Assembly (NCBI GenBank): GCA_963737655.1
Contig: CAVTTN010000002.1
Location: forward strand, 1,024,001-1,088,000
From: an uncultured Planctomycetota bacterium
Lineage (GTDB): Bacteria; Planctomycetota; Planctomycetia; Isosphaerales; Isosphaeraceae
Direction of reading: 5' to 3'
DNA length: 64,000 bases
The notes below the pieces were generated by a model that saw only the letters and a program-made list of their open reading frames with translations, did no database searches and had not been told where the DNA came from. Below are positions 19,802-31,053 of this stretch, one piece after another; within the stretch, counting starts at the first letter, position 1, and every line of letters starts with the position of its first letter. The translations under genes were made by a program, and so were the position numbers.

Positions 19802-21502
19802 ATGATCCGCCTGGTCAACGCCCGCAAGAACTTCGGACGCCAGGTCCTTTATGATGGCGTGGACGCCTCGATCGTCCGGGGGGACCGCGTCGGCCTCCTC
19901 GGCAAGAACGGGGCGGGCAAATCGACGTTGTTCAAGGTTTTGATGGGGGCCGAGCACCTCGACGGCGGCGAGATGCTCCGCGACCGCAAGGTCTCGATCG
20001 GCTACCTGCCCCAGGAGATCCACCCGCTCCGGGAAGGCACCGTCTTCGAGAACATGCTCGCGCACCTCGGGCCCTGGACCCAGGCCGACCGTCGCCTGAA
20101 GACGGTCATGGCCGGGCTGGAGGTCGGGGACCCGGCGGCCCTGGCCGACTACGACGACGCGATGGAAGCCTTCCTCACGGCCGGCGGCTACGAGATGGAG
20201 GCCCGCGCCAAGGCGATCCTGCTCGGCCTGGGCTTCCGGGTCGAGACGCTCGACGCCCCCGTGGCCACCCTCTCCGGCGGATGGGCCATGAGGCTCGCCC
20301 TCGGCGGATTGCTCGCCTTCGACCACGATCTGCTCCTGCTCGACGAGCCGACGAACCACCTCGACCTCCTCAGCGTGAAGTGGTTCGAGGAGTTCCTGAG
20401 GGGCTACTCGGGCGCCATCCTGATCACCTGCCACGACCGCGACTTCCTCGACCGCGTGATCACCAAGACGTTCGAGCTGGAGCTGGGCAGCCTCCACATG
20501 TACTCGGGGAATTATTCGGCCTACATCCCCCAGAAGGAGCACCGGCTCGCCGTCCACCAGGCCAGCTTCGACGGCCAGCAGAAGAAGCTCAAGCAGATGC
20601 AGGACTTCGTCGATCGCAACCGCGCCAACGCCGCCACGGCCTCGCGGGCCCAGAGCCGCCTCAAGGCGATCGAGAAGATGAAGTCCGAGGAGAAGATCGA
20701 GGCCCCCCAGACCGACAACTCGGCCCTGAGGATCAAGCTGCCCGAGCCCCCGCGATCCGGCCAGGTCGTCGCCAAGCTCGTGGACGTCTCGTTCGCCTAC
20801 GGCACCAAGGTCGTGTACAGCGGGATGGACCTGGAGATCGAGCGAGGGGACAAGGTCGTCCTCGTCGGCCCCAACGGCGCGGGCAAGACCACCCTGATGA
20901 AGCTCCTCGCCAGCGTCCACACGCCCACGCGAGGCGAGGTCACGCTCGGCTCCAACGTCTTCTCGACCTACTTCGCCCAGCACCGGGTCGAAGCCCTGAA
21001 CATGAAATCGACCGTCCTGGCGAGCCTCCGGGAGAACCATCCCGGCGCGAGCGAAGGCTCGCTCCGGCACATGCTCGGCGCCTTCCTCTTCAGCGGCGAC
21101 GCCGCGGACAAGCCCGTGAGCGCCCTCTCCGGGGGCGAGAAGACGCGGCTCTGCCTCGCGAAGATCCTCACCGTCGCCCACAACTTCATCATGATGGACG
21201 AGCCGACGAACCACCTGGACATCGCCTCGCGAGACATCCTGGAAGAGGCCCTCCAGGGCTACGCCGGCACCCTCTGCTTCATCTCCCACGACGAGCACTT
21301 CATCCGCGCCGTCGCCAACAAGGTCATCGAGGTCGATCGCGGCAAGCTCACGGTCTTCCCGACCGACTACGAGACCTACCTCTATCAGAAGTCGAAGGCG
21401 AAGGACGACTCCAGCCCGTTCGCCGTCCTCACCCGCGGCCTGCCGAAGCGGGACGCCCGGCCCGCCGAGAAGGGCAGCAAGCGCGGGGCCTCGGTGGCCT
21501 GA
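19802..21502 (+). CDS. ABC-F family ATPase
   Basis: Two ABC cassettes ([30 protein letters not shown]), GNYS linker, no TM segments. Confidence 0.93.
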   Translation: MIRLVNARKNFGRQVLYDGVDASIVRGDRVGLLGKNGAGKSTLFKVLMGAEHLDGGEMLRDRKVSIGYLPQEIHPLREGTVFENMLAHLGPWTQADRRLKTVMAGLEVGDPAALADYDDAMEAFLTAGGYEMEARAKAILLGLGFRVETLDAPVATLSGGWAMRLALGGLLAFDHDLLLLDEPTNHLDLLSVKWFEEFLRGYSGAILITCHDRDFLDRVITKTFELELGSLHMYSGNYSAYIPQKEHRLAVHQASFDGQQKKLKQMQDFVDRNRANAATASRAQSRLKAIEKMKSEEKIEAPQTDNSALRIKLPEPPRSGQVVAKLVDVSFAYGTKVVYSGMDLEIERGDKVVLVGPNGAGKTTLMKLLASVHTPTRGEVTLGSNVFSTYFAQHRVEALNMKSTVLASLRENHPGASEGSLRHMLGAFLFSGDAADKPVSALSGGEKTRLCLAKILTVAHNFIMMDEPTNHLDIASRDILEEALQGYAGTLCFISHDEHFIRAVANKVIEVDRGKLTVFPTDYETYLYQKSKAKDDSSPFAVLTRGLPKRDARPAEKGSKRGASVA

Positions 21503-21514
21503 ACGGCCATGGCC

Positions 21515-22912
21515 CTACGGGATCGCCGGCCGCCCCACCAGCTCGGCGCCGTCGCCGTCGGGCACGCCGGCCGCGTCGCGCCCGTCGGTCGTCCGGAGGT
21601 CCCGGATCCGGACCGGGACGTTGCGGATGCGGCCGGTCAGGTGGTCCCGGACGTAGTAGCCGAAGTGGAGGTGGGGCTCGGAGCTGCTCCCGGCGTTCCC
21701 CACCCGGCCCAGGACCGTCCCGGCCTTCACCGCCTGGCCGACCTTCACCCGCGCCCCTCCCTTGTGGATGTGATAATAGGCCGAATAATGGGGGCCGGGG
21801 TGCTCGACCCACACCAGCCCGTTCCTCAACGGGTCGTTGGCCGGGTTGGCCTTCCGGCCGAAGTTGTCCTCGACGTCGTCCAGGACGGCGACCACCTTGC
21901 CGTCCTCCACGCAATAGATCGGCCGGTCCCAGCCGAAGAAGCTCTCGTTGCGCTCGGGGTCGCCCCGGAGGCTGTCGCGGCCCCCGTCCACGTCGTCGAG
22001 GACCAGCAGATCGTAGCAGTAGCGCTGCGTGGGCGTATGGAGGTGGCCCGAGTAGCCCGAGTCGCCCGGCCCGTTGCCCCAGCGCCACCGGCCATCGACG
22101 GGCGACGCCACGGAGACCGGCTTCGCCACGTCCACGCCGACCTCGCGGACCAGGGGACCGACGTGCCCGCCCAGGTCGATCTCGGCCGAGATCCTCAGCC
22201 GGCCCCGCTCGTAGCCCCTCGGCACGACGATCGAGCGGTAGAAGTCGTTCGAGGTCTCATTCGAGCCCTCGACCTTGAACTCGGGCGTCCACTCGGCGTC
22301 GTACGCCACCCGGCCCAGGGCGTCCTTCACCTGGACGTGCCATTTCCTCACCGTCAACGGCTTCCCCGACACGTTGATCAGCCGGACCGCGCCGGGGATC
22401 TTCGTCTGGCCCGAGGCCGTCTCCAGGGCCTCCAGGGGCTCCTGGACCCCGATGAAGACCGGCCCCGACAGCGTCATCGGCGGCGGGTTGGCGAACCCCT
22501 TGCGCGGCAGGGGGACCTGGACCCAGTGCTCCTGGAGCGGCGCCCCGGGATGCGAATACTTCATCGCCAGCAGGTAATAACAGAAGTCCATGTCGTCATT
22601 ATATTCGAACCCATAGCCGTAGTTCCCCCTCTCGGCCAGGACCGGATCGCTCCCGAAGAACTTCCCCTCCCGGGCGATCATGTCGCCCAACGGGGCGGAC
22701 CATCCGCCCCGGCTCGCCAGGATAACCTCGGCCCTGGCGATGGTCACGGGCTTCGGCGTCGGGTTGCGCATCTCCAGCTTGATCTCGACGGTCCCCTCCG
22801 GGAGCTTGCTGCCGGGCTTGTATTCCCCCCGGCCCACCGCCCCGATCGGGTTCGGCCCCTGGGCCGTCGCCACGCCCGCCGCCAGCACCACCAGACACGC
22901 CGCCCACCTCAT
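21515..22912 (-). CDS. Exported M23-family metallopeptidase
   Basis: Signal peptide; C-terminal YYHI..VKVGQAVKAG.VLGRVGNAGSSSEPHLHFG. Confidence 0.85.
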   Translation of the reverse strand: MRWAACLVVLAAGVATAQGPNPIGAVGRGEYKPGSKLPEGTVEIKLEMRNPTPKPVTIARAEVILASRGGWSAPLGDMIAREGKFFGSDPVLAERGNYGYGFEYNDDMDFCYYLLAMKYSHPGAPLQEHWVQVPLPRKGFANPPPMTLSGPVFIGVQEPLEALETASGQTKIPGAVRLINVSGKPLTVRKWHVQVKDALGRVAYDAEWTPEFKVEGSNETSNDFYRSIVVPRGYERGRLRISAEIDLGGHVGPLVREVGVDVAKPVSVASPVDGRWRWGNGPGDSGYSGHLHTPTQRYCYDLLVLDDVDGGRDSLRGDPERNESFFGWDRPIYCVEDGKVVAVLDDVEDNFGRKANPANDPLRNGLVWVEHPGPHYSAYYHIHKGGARVKVGQAVKAGTVLGRVGNAGSSSEPHLHFGYYVRDHLTGRIRNVPVRIRDLRTTDGRDAAGVPDGDGAELVGRPAIP

Positions 22913-23016
22913 GGGACGCCTCCTCGCTCGATGCCGAGGGACCGCTCGCGACGACTCCCCGGTCGATTAGACCGGGCGCCGGGGCCGAGGGCCAGCCGGA
23001 ACCCCGGGACCGCCCC

Positions 23017-24297
23017 TCAATCCCCCCCGCGGACGATCCGCAGCTCCAGGACGACCGGCCTCGCCAGCCGGCGAATCTCCTCGGCGATCCCCGCCGCCTC
23101 CGTCTTCGCCCGGTCCAGAGGCGTGCCCTCGGGCGTGTCCGGCCGCTTGTGCCCGACGCTCGAAAGCCACGCCCGGCCCAGCAATTCCGAGCGTCTCTCG
23201 ACCAATCGCCCGATCTCCGCCGCCCGCCGACGGGTCGAGAGCCCCGATTCGGCCGCCAGGTCCACCGCCAGCCGCCCCCCGCGAGACTCCGCGATCCCCA
23301 GGGCGGACGACCCCTCGTAAAGCCGATATCGGCCGTCGTCCAACCCCGAGACGACCAGGTCCAGGCGATTCAGCCCGGCCGCCGAATGGGCGAGCTTCGC
23401 CACCTCCGGCGAAAGCCCCGGATCGACGGGCATCGGCACGCGAACGGTCATCTTGAAACGAATCCCGCCCGATTCACGGCGGATTTCCTCGATCTCCCCC
23501 TCCCGGGCCTTCATCGCCTTCGCGTCGATCTCGCCCGATCCGACGTCCTCCGGCGCGTGCCACGCCTTCAGGATCTCCAGGGCCATCAAAAAATGCCCAT
23601 CGGCATTTAAATGAACGCCATCACCGGCGAACAAGTAATCCGCCGACCCCTTCCGCGCCCGCGTCTCCTTCAAGAATCGTTCCAGGGGAGAGCCCGCGTC
23701 GATCGTCGAGAACCCGACGCCCGAGAACGTCTTCAACCACTCGCCATAACGCGCCAGCACGTCTGTTTGATAATTCTCATAAGGCGCCATCCACCCGTAT
23801 TCCGCCGCCCCCTCCGGCCGGACCTTCCCCTTCAGCGGCGACGGGTCGAACGGAGGGGGCGTGACGAGATAAACCGAGATCCCCCGGTCCCGGCACCGGG
23901 AAACCAGCTTCAGGATGCCGTCCTGGTACTTCGCGAACCGTTGCCGGGAAAATGGCGCGTAGATCCCATCATTCATCCCATAGCAGGCGACCACGACCTC
24001 GGGCCTGATCCGGTCCAGGGCCCGTTCCAGGCGCTCGTGGACGTCCGGCCGGGGGAACGGATGCCCCGGCTCGGTCAGCCCGGTGACGGTCTCGCTCGGC
24101 AAACCCAGGTTGATGATCTCATATTCCCGATCGGGCAACCTCGTGGCGAGATATCCCTCGATATCCCGCACGTATCCGCCCGCGAACGTGTTGCTATCTC
24201 CGAGGAAGAGGACCCGTCGGGCCGTCTCCAGGGCGAACGGGGCGGGGGCCGGATCGTCGGCGGCGATCAGGGCGGAGAGCAGGGCGAAGGCGATCAT
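23017..24297 (-). CDS. SGNH/GDSL hydrolase
   Basis: FLGDSNT, NLGLPSET, YGMNDG, DGVHLN. Confidence 0.88.
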   Translation of the reverse strand: MIAFALLSALIAADDPAPAPFALETARRVLFLGDSNTFAGGYVRDIEGYLATRLPDREYEIINLGLPSETVTGLTEPGHPFPRPDVHERLERALDRIRPEVVVACYGMNDGIYAPFSRQRFAKYQDGILKLVSRCRDRGISVYLVTPPPFDPSPLKGKVRPEGAAEYGWMAPYENYQTDVLARYGEWLKTFSGVGFSTIDAGSPLERFLKETRARKGSADYLFAGDGVHLNADGHFLMALEILKAWHAPEDVGSGEIDAKAMKAREGEIEEIRRESGGIRFKMTVRVPMPVDPGLSPEVAKLAHSAAGLNRLDLVVSGLDDGRYRLYEGSSALGIAESRGGRLAVDLAAESGLSTRRRAAEIGRLVERRSELLGRAWLSSVGHKRPDTPEGTPLDRAKTEAAGIAEEIRRLARPVVLELRIVRGGD

Positions 24298-24316
24298 GGG
24301 CGAGGTCCCCGGACGG

Positions 24317-26950
24317 TCAGCGGACGGCCTGGAACGGGTTGACGGGGAGCTCGCGGGGGGCGGCCCCCTCGCGGAGGCGGCCGAGCTCCCGGGCGATCTC
24401 GTCGAGGTTCTGCGCGACCCTCGGGTCGCCCGGCAACGCGGCCTCGAACCTGCGGAAGTCCCGGACGGCCCCGGCCAGGTTGCCCCGGAGGAACTGGAGC
24501 CGGGCCAGGACGTGGAGGCGTTCCGGCGTCTCCCCGAATCGTCGGATCAGATCCGCAGAGATCGAATACGCCAGGTCGGGGTCTTCGCCCACGAAGGCGA
24601 CCTTCCACAGCGTCTCGGCCTCGTGCTCTCGCGGAGGCCCCGAGGCCAGGAACTCGCGGATGTGTCCCTGGAGACGCCCGCAGGTCGCCGCCGGGTCCGG
24701 GGCCTTCCCTCGATCGAGCTGGGTGGCCTCGTTGATCGCCAGGTGGAACAGGGCGTAGCGGCGGACTTCCGTCGAGACGCTCGGCGCCTTCAGGGCCGAC
24801 CGATAGGCGGCGTCGGCCTTCTCCAGCTCGCCGGAATCGTGGAGGAAGATCCCCCGGCCCAGCAGGAGCAGCCCCTCGGGCGAGATCGCCGCGGCCCGGT
24901 CCATCGCCCGGAGCAGGCGCGTCCGGCCGATCGCGAACGACCCCAGGGGCAAGGCCATGATCACGTCACGATAGGCGGTAATCACCGACTTCAACAGCGG
25001 GGGAGGCGAGCCGAGGAGAGACAGCCCCCGGACGTCCTTCGACGCCCCGAGCCTCGCCATCTCGCCCATCATCCTCGGCAGGATCGCCACCAGGGCCCGC
25101 GAGGTGTCCGCCGCGTGCAACGCCTCGTCGATCGCGCCGAGGAGGCCCCGGACCGTCCGGAGGTTCGCCTCGTCCATCTGCCCCCGGCACCGATCGACCA
25201 GGGCCAGGGCCTCGGCGCCTCGGCCCCTCCCGGCCAGCATCATGGCCATCAGGATCTTGAAATCCGGGGCCGAGGGGAACAGGGCGTCGGCCGCGAGGAA
25301 CTGCTCGCGGACGTCCTCGAACCGCCCCTGGACGCTCAGGACCAGCATCAGCAACGCCCGGGCCCGGAGGTGGTACGGCTCCGTCTCCACCGCCCGGAGG
25401 AAGTGCTCGGTCGCCGAGGGCAGCGTCTCGGACAGCAGCCCCAGGGCGAACTCGCGGTCGGCCGGCTCCAGCGGCAAGTCCAGGGCCCGGCGGATCAGCC
25501 CCACCCCCTTCTCGCCCTCCTCGGCCGACCGGCCCAGGAGGTAATCCCCCCGGGTCAGCAAGTACAAGCCTTCCAGGGCGCCGAGGTCCGAACGGCCTTC
25601 CAGGGCGTCGAGCTCCCGGAGCGCCAGGCCCATCTCGTTCATCCCCGAGAACGCCCGGGCCCGGTCCAGGCGGAGCCGGGGCGAGTCGGGATAGCCTTCG
25701 CGGAGGGCCGTGTCGGTCGCCTCGATCGCCTCTCGCCACTGGCCGCGCCTCAGCGCGAGCGTCCCGGCCGTCCCGAACGATTCGGCCAGCCTCTGCCGCG
25801 AGTTCGCCCTCTCTTTTTTGCCATATTCGGACTCCGCGTCGCGCAGCTTCTTCTCGTTCAGGTACGCCGATCCCGCCGCCGCCGCCAGGGACGCCGTGAC
25901 CACGAACGCCGCCGCCACCGCCGAGACCAGCGCCGGGTTCCTCCTCGCGAACTTCCGGGCTTGCTCCATCGCCCCGGGACGCCTCGCCGCGATCGGCCGG
26001 TCGGCAAGGTGCCTCCTCAGGTCCTCGGCCAGCGCGGCTACCGTCTCGTACCGCCCGGACCTCTCCTTCGCCAGCGCCTTGCCCAGGATCGTCTCCACGT
26101 CCCCCCGGTACGCCCGATCGACTGACCCCAGCCGCGACGGCTCCTCCTCCGCGATGATCTTCGCCGCCTCGAACAGCCCCCGGCCCCTCAGCTCATACGG
26201 CATCCGCCCGGCCAGGAGCTCGTACAGGATGACGCCGAGCGAATAGACGTCCGTGCGGACGTCGATCAGGTCCGGGGCGCCCGCCACCTGCTCCGGGCTC
26301 ATGTACGAGAGCGTCCCCAGGATCTCCCCCGAGAGCGTCGAGGGCAGAGACACGGACGCCTCCGCGTCGTCCAGCCGGGCCAGGCCGAAATCCAGGACCT
26401 TGGGACGGCCCGGCGCCTCCACCAGGATATTCCCCGGCTTCAAATCCCGGTGGATGATCCCCCGTTGATGGGCATGCGCCACCGCGTCGCAGACGTCCAG
26501 GAACAGCGCGATCCTCGCCCTCGATGACAGCCTCTCGTCGTCGGCGAACTTCGTCAGCGGTCGGCCGTGGATCAGCTCCATCGCGAAGAACGGCCGGGGG
26601 CCGGCGGGCGTTTCGATCGACCCCGCCTCATAAATTTGCGCGATCCCCGGGTGATGCATCTTGCCGAGCAGATAATATTCATGCTCGAACCGCCGGAGCG
26701 CCTCGCGGGTCGTCCTCTCCGGCCGGACCACCTTCAGCGCCACGGCCCTGCGCGGCCTGTCCTGCTCGGCCCGATAGACCCGGCCCATCCCGCCCTCGCC
26801 CAGGATTTCCAAAAGACGGTACGGGCCGATCCGTTCGGGCCACTCGAACCCCGCGCCTTCCCCCATCGCCGGGCCGAACCGGGCGTCGGTCGTGGGGACC
26901 TGGAGATACTCCGCCGTCGGCGGGTCGGTCGGGGAACCATCGTCGGTCAT
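24317..26950 (-). CDS. Ser/Thr protein kinase with TM segment and TPR-like C-terminus
   Basis: LGEGGMG.VY, ALK, HRDLKPGN, DFGLA, GTLSYMSPEQ, DVYSLG; start MTDDGSP. Confidence 0.92.
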   Translation of the reverse strand: MTDDGSPTDPPTAEYLQVPTTDARFGPAMGEGAGFEWPERIGPYRLLEILGEGGMGRVYRAEQDRPRRAVALKVVRPERTTREALRRFEHEYYLLGKMHHPGIAQIYEAGSIETPAGPRPFFAMELIHGRPLTKFADDERLSSRARIALFLDVCDAVAHAHQRGIIHRDLKPGNILVEAPGRPKVLDFGLARLDDAEASVSLPSTLSGEILGTLSYMSPEQVAGAPDLIDVRTDVYSLGVILYELLAGRMPYELRGRGLFEAAKIIAEEEPSRLGSVDRAYRGDVETILGKALAKERSGRYETVAALAEDLRRHLADRPIAARRPGAMEQARKFARRNPALVSAVAAAFVVTASLAAAAGSAYLNEKKLRDAESEYGKKERANSRQRLAESFGTAGTLALRRGQWREAIEATDTALREGYPDSPRLRLDRARAFSGMNEMGLALRELDALEGRSDLGALEGLYLLTRGDYLLGRSAEEGEKGVGLIRRALDLPLEPADREFALGLLSETLPSATEHFLRAVETEPYHLRARALLMLVLSVQGRFEDVREQFLAADALFPSAPDFKILMAMMLAGRGRGAEALALVDRCRGQMDEANLRTVRGLLGAIDEALHAADTSRALVAILPRMMGEMARLGASKDVRGLSLLGSPPPLLKSVITAYRDVIMALPLGSFAIGRTRLLRAMDRAAAISPEGLLLLGRGIFLHDSGELEKADAAYRSALKAPSVSTEVRRYALFHLAINEATQLDRGKAPDPAATCGRLQGHIREFLASGPPREHEAETLWKVAFVGEDPDLAYSISADLIRRFGETPERLHVLARLQFLRGNLAGAVRDFRRFEAALPGDPRVAQNLDEIARELGRLREGAAPRELPVNPFQAVR

Positions 26951-27162
26951 CGCCGAGTCTCCGGGGGGTCCGGCCAGTCTACCGCAACCCAACCCCGCCC
27001 GCGAGCACCCCGCGAACCGCCCCAATGGCCCATCGGCGGTCCGATCGGGAACCCCGGACGCCCGCTCCCACGTCGCGCAGGGAAAGCCCGCCCCAACGTG
27101 CCGACCAGGAACTCCGTCGTCCCAGGACCGCCTCGCCCGAATCGATCCGGGCCACTCCCGGG

Positions 27163-28672
27163 CTATCGCACGATCCACCCCGACCATCGGCGGATCGACG
27201 GCGGCAGCAGAGGCTGAAGGGTCTCCCTCAGGAAGCTGTCCTCATCGCGGGGGTCGATCTCGACCAAGGCGAATTCTAGCCAGTCGCCCGCCGGCAATTC
27301 GGGCCAGCCCCGAGGCAATCCGTCCGGGCCGTCCTGGCGGCGAAAGGTGCTGGAGAGGTGGCCGCCGGGCCGCGAGAGCAACGCGCTAGCGCGGCCCGGC
27401 CGATGGGACGCAAGTCCTGACTCCTCCGCCCGCGGAGGAAGACACTGTCGCCCCACCGGACGACCCGGTAAACCGAGCCAACCCGGGGGGGAGACTCGTC
27501 CCCAGGGCGGGGGATCGGCTTGCACGAGATCGTCTGGCCATCCCGTTTCAGAAATCCATACTCTCGAATCCCCGACCCGAAACAACTGAAGGTCTCGTAG
27601 CGATATCGGCCGTCCGCCCGGATTTGGAGCGGCGCCAGGCCGGTCCGCAGGCCCCATCCATAGTCGCCGGCCAGGTCGCGGAACGCGCCTTCGGATCGGG
27701 GACCCCGGGCGAGGACGACCGTCCGGGTCCGGCCCCGGCCGACGTCGCCCTTGGCGCCGACGATGTCGTTCAACGGCCGATGCACGGGGCGGAACCCGGG
27801 CGTCGAGACCTCCAACCATCGGCCCCAGCTCTCGAACGTCGCCTCGGCCCAGAACGCCGAGCGCATCCCCTCGGCCCAGACGGAGAGGGTCAGGCAAGCC
27901 CGGCCGTCCTCGCCGGTGAAGTCCGACGAGGGGTCCCGCATCGACGAGAACGCATGCTCAACCCGGACGAACGCCGAGCGAACCGGCCGACCCGACTCAT
28001 CCACGACCCGGAATTCGAGGGACACGTCCCGGTCTTCGTCGAACGGCCGGGCTCGGTCCCGATCGCCAGGATGATCCCCGCGAAACCCAGGCTGGCACCG
28101 ACGCCCAACGCGCGGAACCGCCACCGAGGCATCGTCCTCGCCAACCGCCTCGCCAGCCACCAGCCACCCGCCGCCACCGCCAGGGGAGGGCCGGAGATCG
28201 CGACGAAAAGAGCCGAATACATAAAAATCTGATAGAACACAACACGGCCATCATACGACCATGAATCGATAAAACTCGTCACGGTTTCAAAAAGGTCGCC
28301 CAGGACCAGGAACCGCCAGTAGCCCGTCACGACATCGGGCAGGAAGGCGACGACCATCCAGGCCAGGGCGAGGAGGTGCAGGGCGAGGAACGTGAACCCC
28401 GGCGGAGACGGCCGCGGACTCCCCTCCCCGGACGATCGCCACCGGCGGACCCGGCGGATCGCCCGCCTCGCCAACCCGATCCCCGCCGCGCTGGCCAGGG
28501 GGAACAGGCCGGCAAGACCGATCAGCTCCGCCCGCCATTCCGAGAAGTCCGCCAGGTATTTGGATTGCTCGATCCAAAGAAAGACCGCACGGAACGCCGC
28601 CAGCTCGACCGCCACGACGGCGATCCAGAAGGCAAGCCCGCCGAGATGAATCCGAACTCGAGGGCATCTCAT
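27163..28672 (-). CDS. Hypothetical membrane protein with extracytoplasmic domain, paralog 1 (at least 2 frameshifts)
   Basis: Three ORF pieces (27890-28672, 27276-28160, 27163-27897) together align with the 28731-30343 protein (PPGFTFLA, FE.WGRWLEVS.PG, LPPSI). Confidence 0.7.
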
Positions 28673-28730
28673 GATCGAACGACTCCATCGCGAGGGCCTG
28701 CGGTGCGCCCATCGAGAACCCGCCCCGCGG

Positions 28731-30343
28731 CTATTCCTCGCCCGTCTCGAAGCAAGCCAGGATCGAGGGCGGGAGGCAGGCCCGGGCGGTCTTCCTCAGC
28801 GCACCGTCCTCGTTGCGGAGGCTCAACTCCCCCAGGACGAACCGCGCCCAGATGCTCGCAGGAATTCGCGGACGGCCCTCGCGCGGCCGGGACCGATCGA
28901 GGGGGCGAGTCAGGAGGAACCACGGCTCCTCGATCGGCTGGCTCTCGGGCGTCAACGCGATCCAGCAGAGTTCCGACAGAGCCTCGTCCTGGACGGGGCA
29001 GAGGTACCGGCGGTCGCCCCAGGTGATCCATCGATATCGGGAAGACCGGGGTGAGGACCTCCACGACGGTCCATATCGGGAAGACCGGGGCGAGGACCTC
29101 CACGTTCGATATCGGAAAGACCGGAGTAAGGACCTCCGCCATAAAGGGCTGTTGAACGCGATGAAATGGACCTCGTCGCCGTCGCTCTCCAATCGCCCAT
29201 GAAACCACTTCCAACCGACATGATCCTCCTCGGACAAGGCATATCGCCCGTCCGGCTCGATCCGAAGCCAGTCTTCCCGGCGATCGGAAGGGGACCACGT
29301 CGCCGGGCGGTAGGTCCCCGCGAAGTCACGAAACGGCCCTTCGGGCGTGACGCCCCGGGCCAGGGGCACGTCCCATCGCCGGGTCGGCACGAAGTCGGCC
29401 GTGCCGCCCAGTCCGTCCTTCAAGGGCAGGCGGACGGTCCGGTAGCCGGGCGCGGAGACCTCCAGCCAGCGGCCCCAGGTCTCAAAATCGCCCAGCGCCC
29501 AGAACGCATTTTGCTCGCCCGTCACCAGGAATCGATCGGCCACGGTCGCCCGGCCATCCTCGCCGACCAGGGCTCTGGCAGGGCCCGGCCCCGGCTCCTT
29601 CCGGAACGCATCGGTGACCGCGACGAACGCCCCCGGGATCGGCCGCCCCGAAACCTCGTCCAGGACCCGGAACACGAGGGGGACGTCCACTTCCTCCTCG
29701 AACGGCCTGGGCACCGTCAGTGCCGCCACGAACGCGCCGACGAAGACGAGGCTGACCCCGGCCGCCACCGCCCGGAACCGCCACCGGGGCAACCCCCTCG
29801 CCGATCGCCTCGCCGCCCATCCGCCCAGCGCGCCGACGATCGCCGGGACAAGGGAGAGGGCCGCGACATGAGTCAAGATCTGCAAACCCGCCTGGATTTG
29901 CAATCGATATTGATAATAATAATTTGCACTTGTGAACCTTTGGACCTTCAGGACGAGCTTGAGCAGGCCCATCGCCAGTACATTGAGGTAGATCGAGTCT
30001 TCCCGCAACAGGTCGGGCCGGAACAGGCCAATCAGCCCCACCAGGGCGAGGATGTGGATGGCCAGGAACGTGAACCCGGGGGGTCGGCGGCGCGGGGCCT
30101 CGCCGACCCCGCCGCGAGGCTCTCGGGCCCCCGCCGAGAGGTAGGCCGCCGCCCCGATCAGGCCTGCGTTGGCCAGCGGCAAGCACGCGATCACCAGCAA
30201 TGCGAGCGGGGGCTCCGGAAGCATCTCCTCCAGCGCGTCCCAGGACGACGGCACCAGGGCGCAAAGACCCAGGCATCGACGGCCGCCAGGCCCACGATCC
30301 CCAGCATCCAACTTATCGAGATCCGAACGCGCGGGAATTTCAT
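28731..30343 (-). CDS. Hypothetical membrane protein, paralog 2 (frameshift near 30270)
   Basis: MKFPRVRISISWMLGIVGLAAVD start in one frame, remainder in ORF 28731-30479; shares blocks with paralog 1. Confidence 0.72.
29031..29140. repeat. In-frame tandem triplication (periods 39 and 36 nt)
   Basis: atatcgg(g/a)aagaccgg..aggacctcc units starting at 29034, 29073 and 29109. Confidence 0.85.
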
Positions 30344-30770
30344 GATCGAACGACTCCGTCCCGGTCGTCGAATCCACATCGATGGACTCTACAACGACGG
30401 AGCCCACCCGTCCATGCCGCTCAACGGGCGGGGCCGGCCTCGCAATCCACCAGATGTGTCGAATCGTTTTCGCGACCAAACTTGACTACACTTCGGCCGA
30501 ACTTGACAACACTTTTTCGCGAAAAACGTCCCAAAGGGCGGAAAAACGGCCGTTTCCCGGTGCCAGTCGGTCGTACCAGCGGACAGGCGCGCATATCACA
30601 ACTCGTCGCAAGTCCAGGCCGATAAGGCCCGCCCCCAAAGAGGTTCGGTCCGCCTTCAACGAATTTCCTCGGACCCCAAAATGCGTCCCAAATCGGCGAA
30701 TCCGGCGGGCGGACCGCGACGCCCCATTGGATCGACGGCGCCTCCTCGACGACCCTGGACTCAAGAACGA

Positions 30771-30871
30771 GCCTTCGGCAACCGCAGATGACGCAGATTA
30801 CGCAGATGAAAATCTTAACCCATCTGTTCCCCAAATCTGCGTAATCTGCGTCATCTGCGGTTGCCGAAGGC
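30771..30871. repeat. Triple-heptamer palindrome, CGCAGAT family
   Basis: Perfect 37-bp inverted arms at 30771-30807 and 30835-30871. Confidence 0.9.
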
Positions 30872-31053
30872 GCTTCCCTCCAACGTCGAATCCCATGTCG
30901 CCCGGCCCGTTCCGAAAATCTCTCAAGGATTGGGTGATCGCCGGAGAGGGCCGGTCGCGATGGTGTCCCTCGTCAGGGCTGCGATCCGTCGAGCGAATTT
31001 CATCGGGGGTCCTTCCATCGAGGGCTCACCCCGCGAGCATATTTTCCCATGCG

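Noticed and set aside
29031..29140. Mini-CRISPR array
   Set aside because: Gaps between units are only 4-7 nt, the repeat is in-frame inside a CDS, and no cas genes are present
30382..31050. ORFs across the intergenic gap (e.g. ICVICVICG peptide)
   Set aside because: Translation of the CGCAGAT palindrome, not a credible protein
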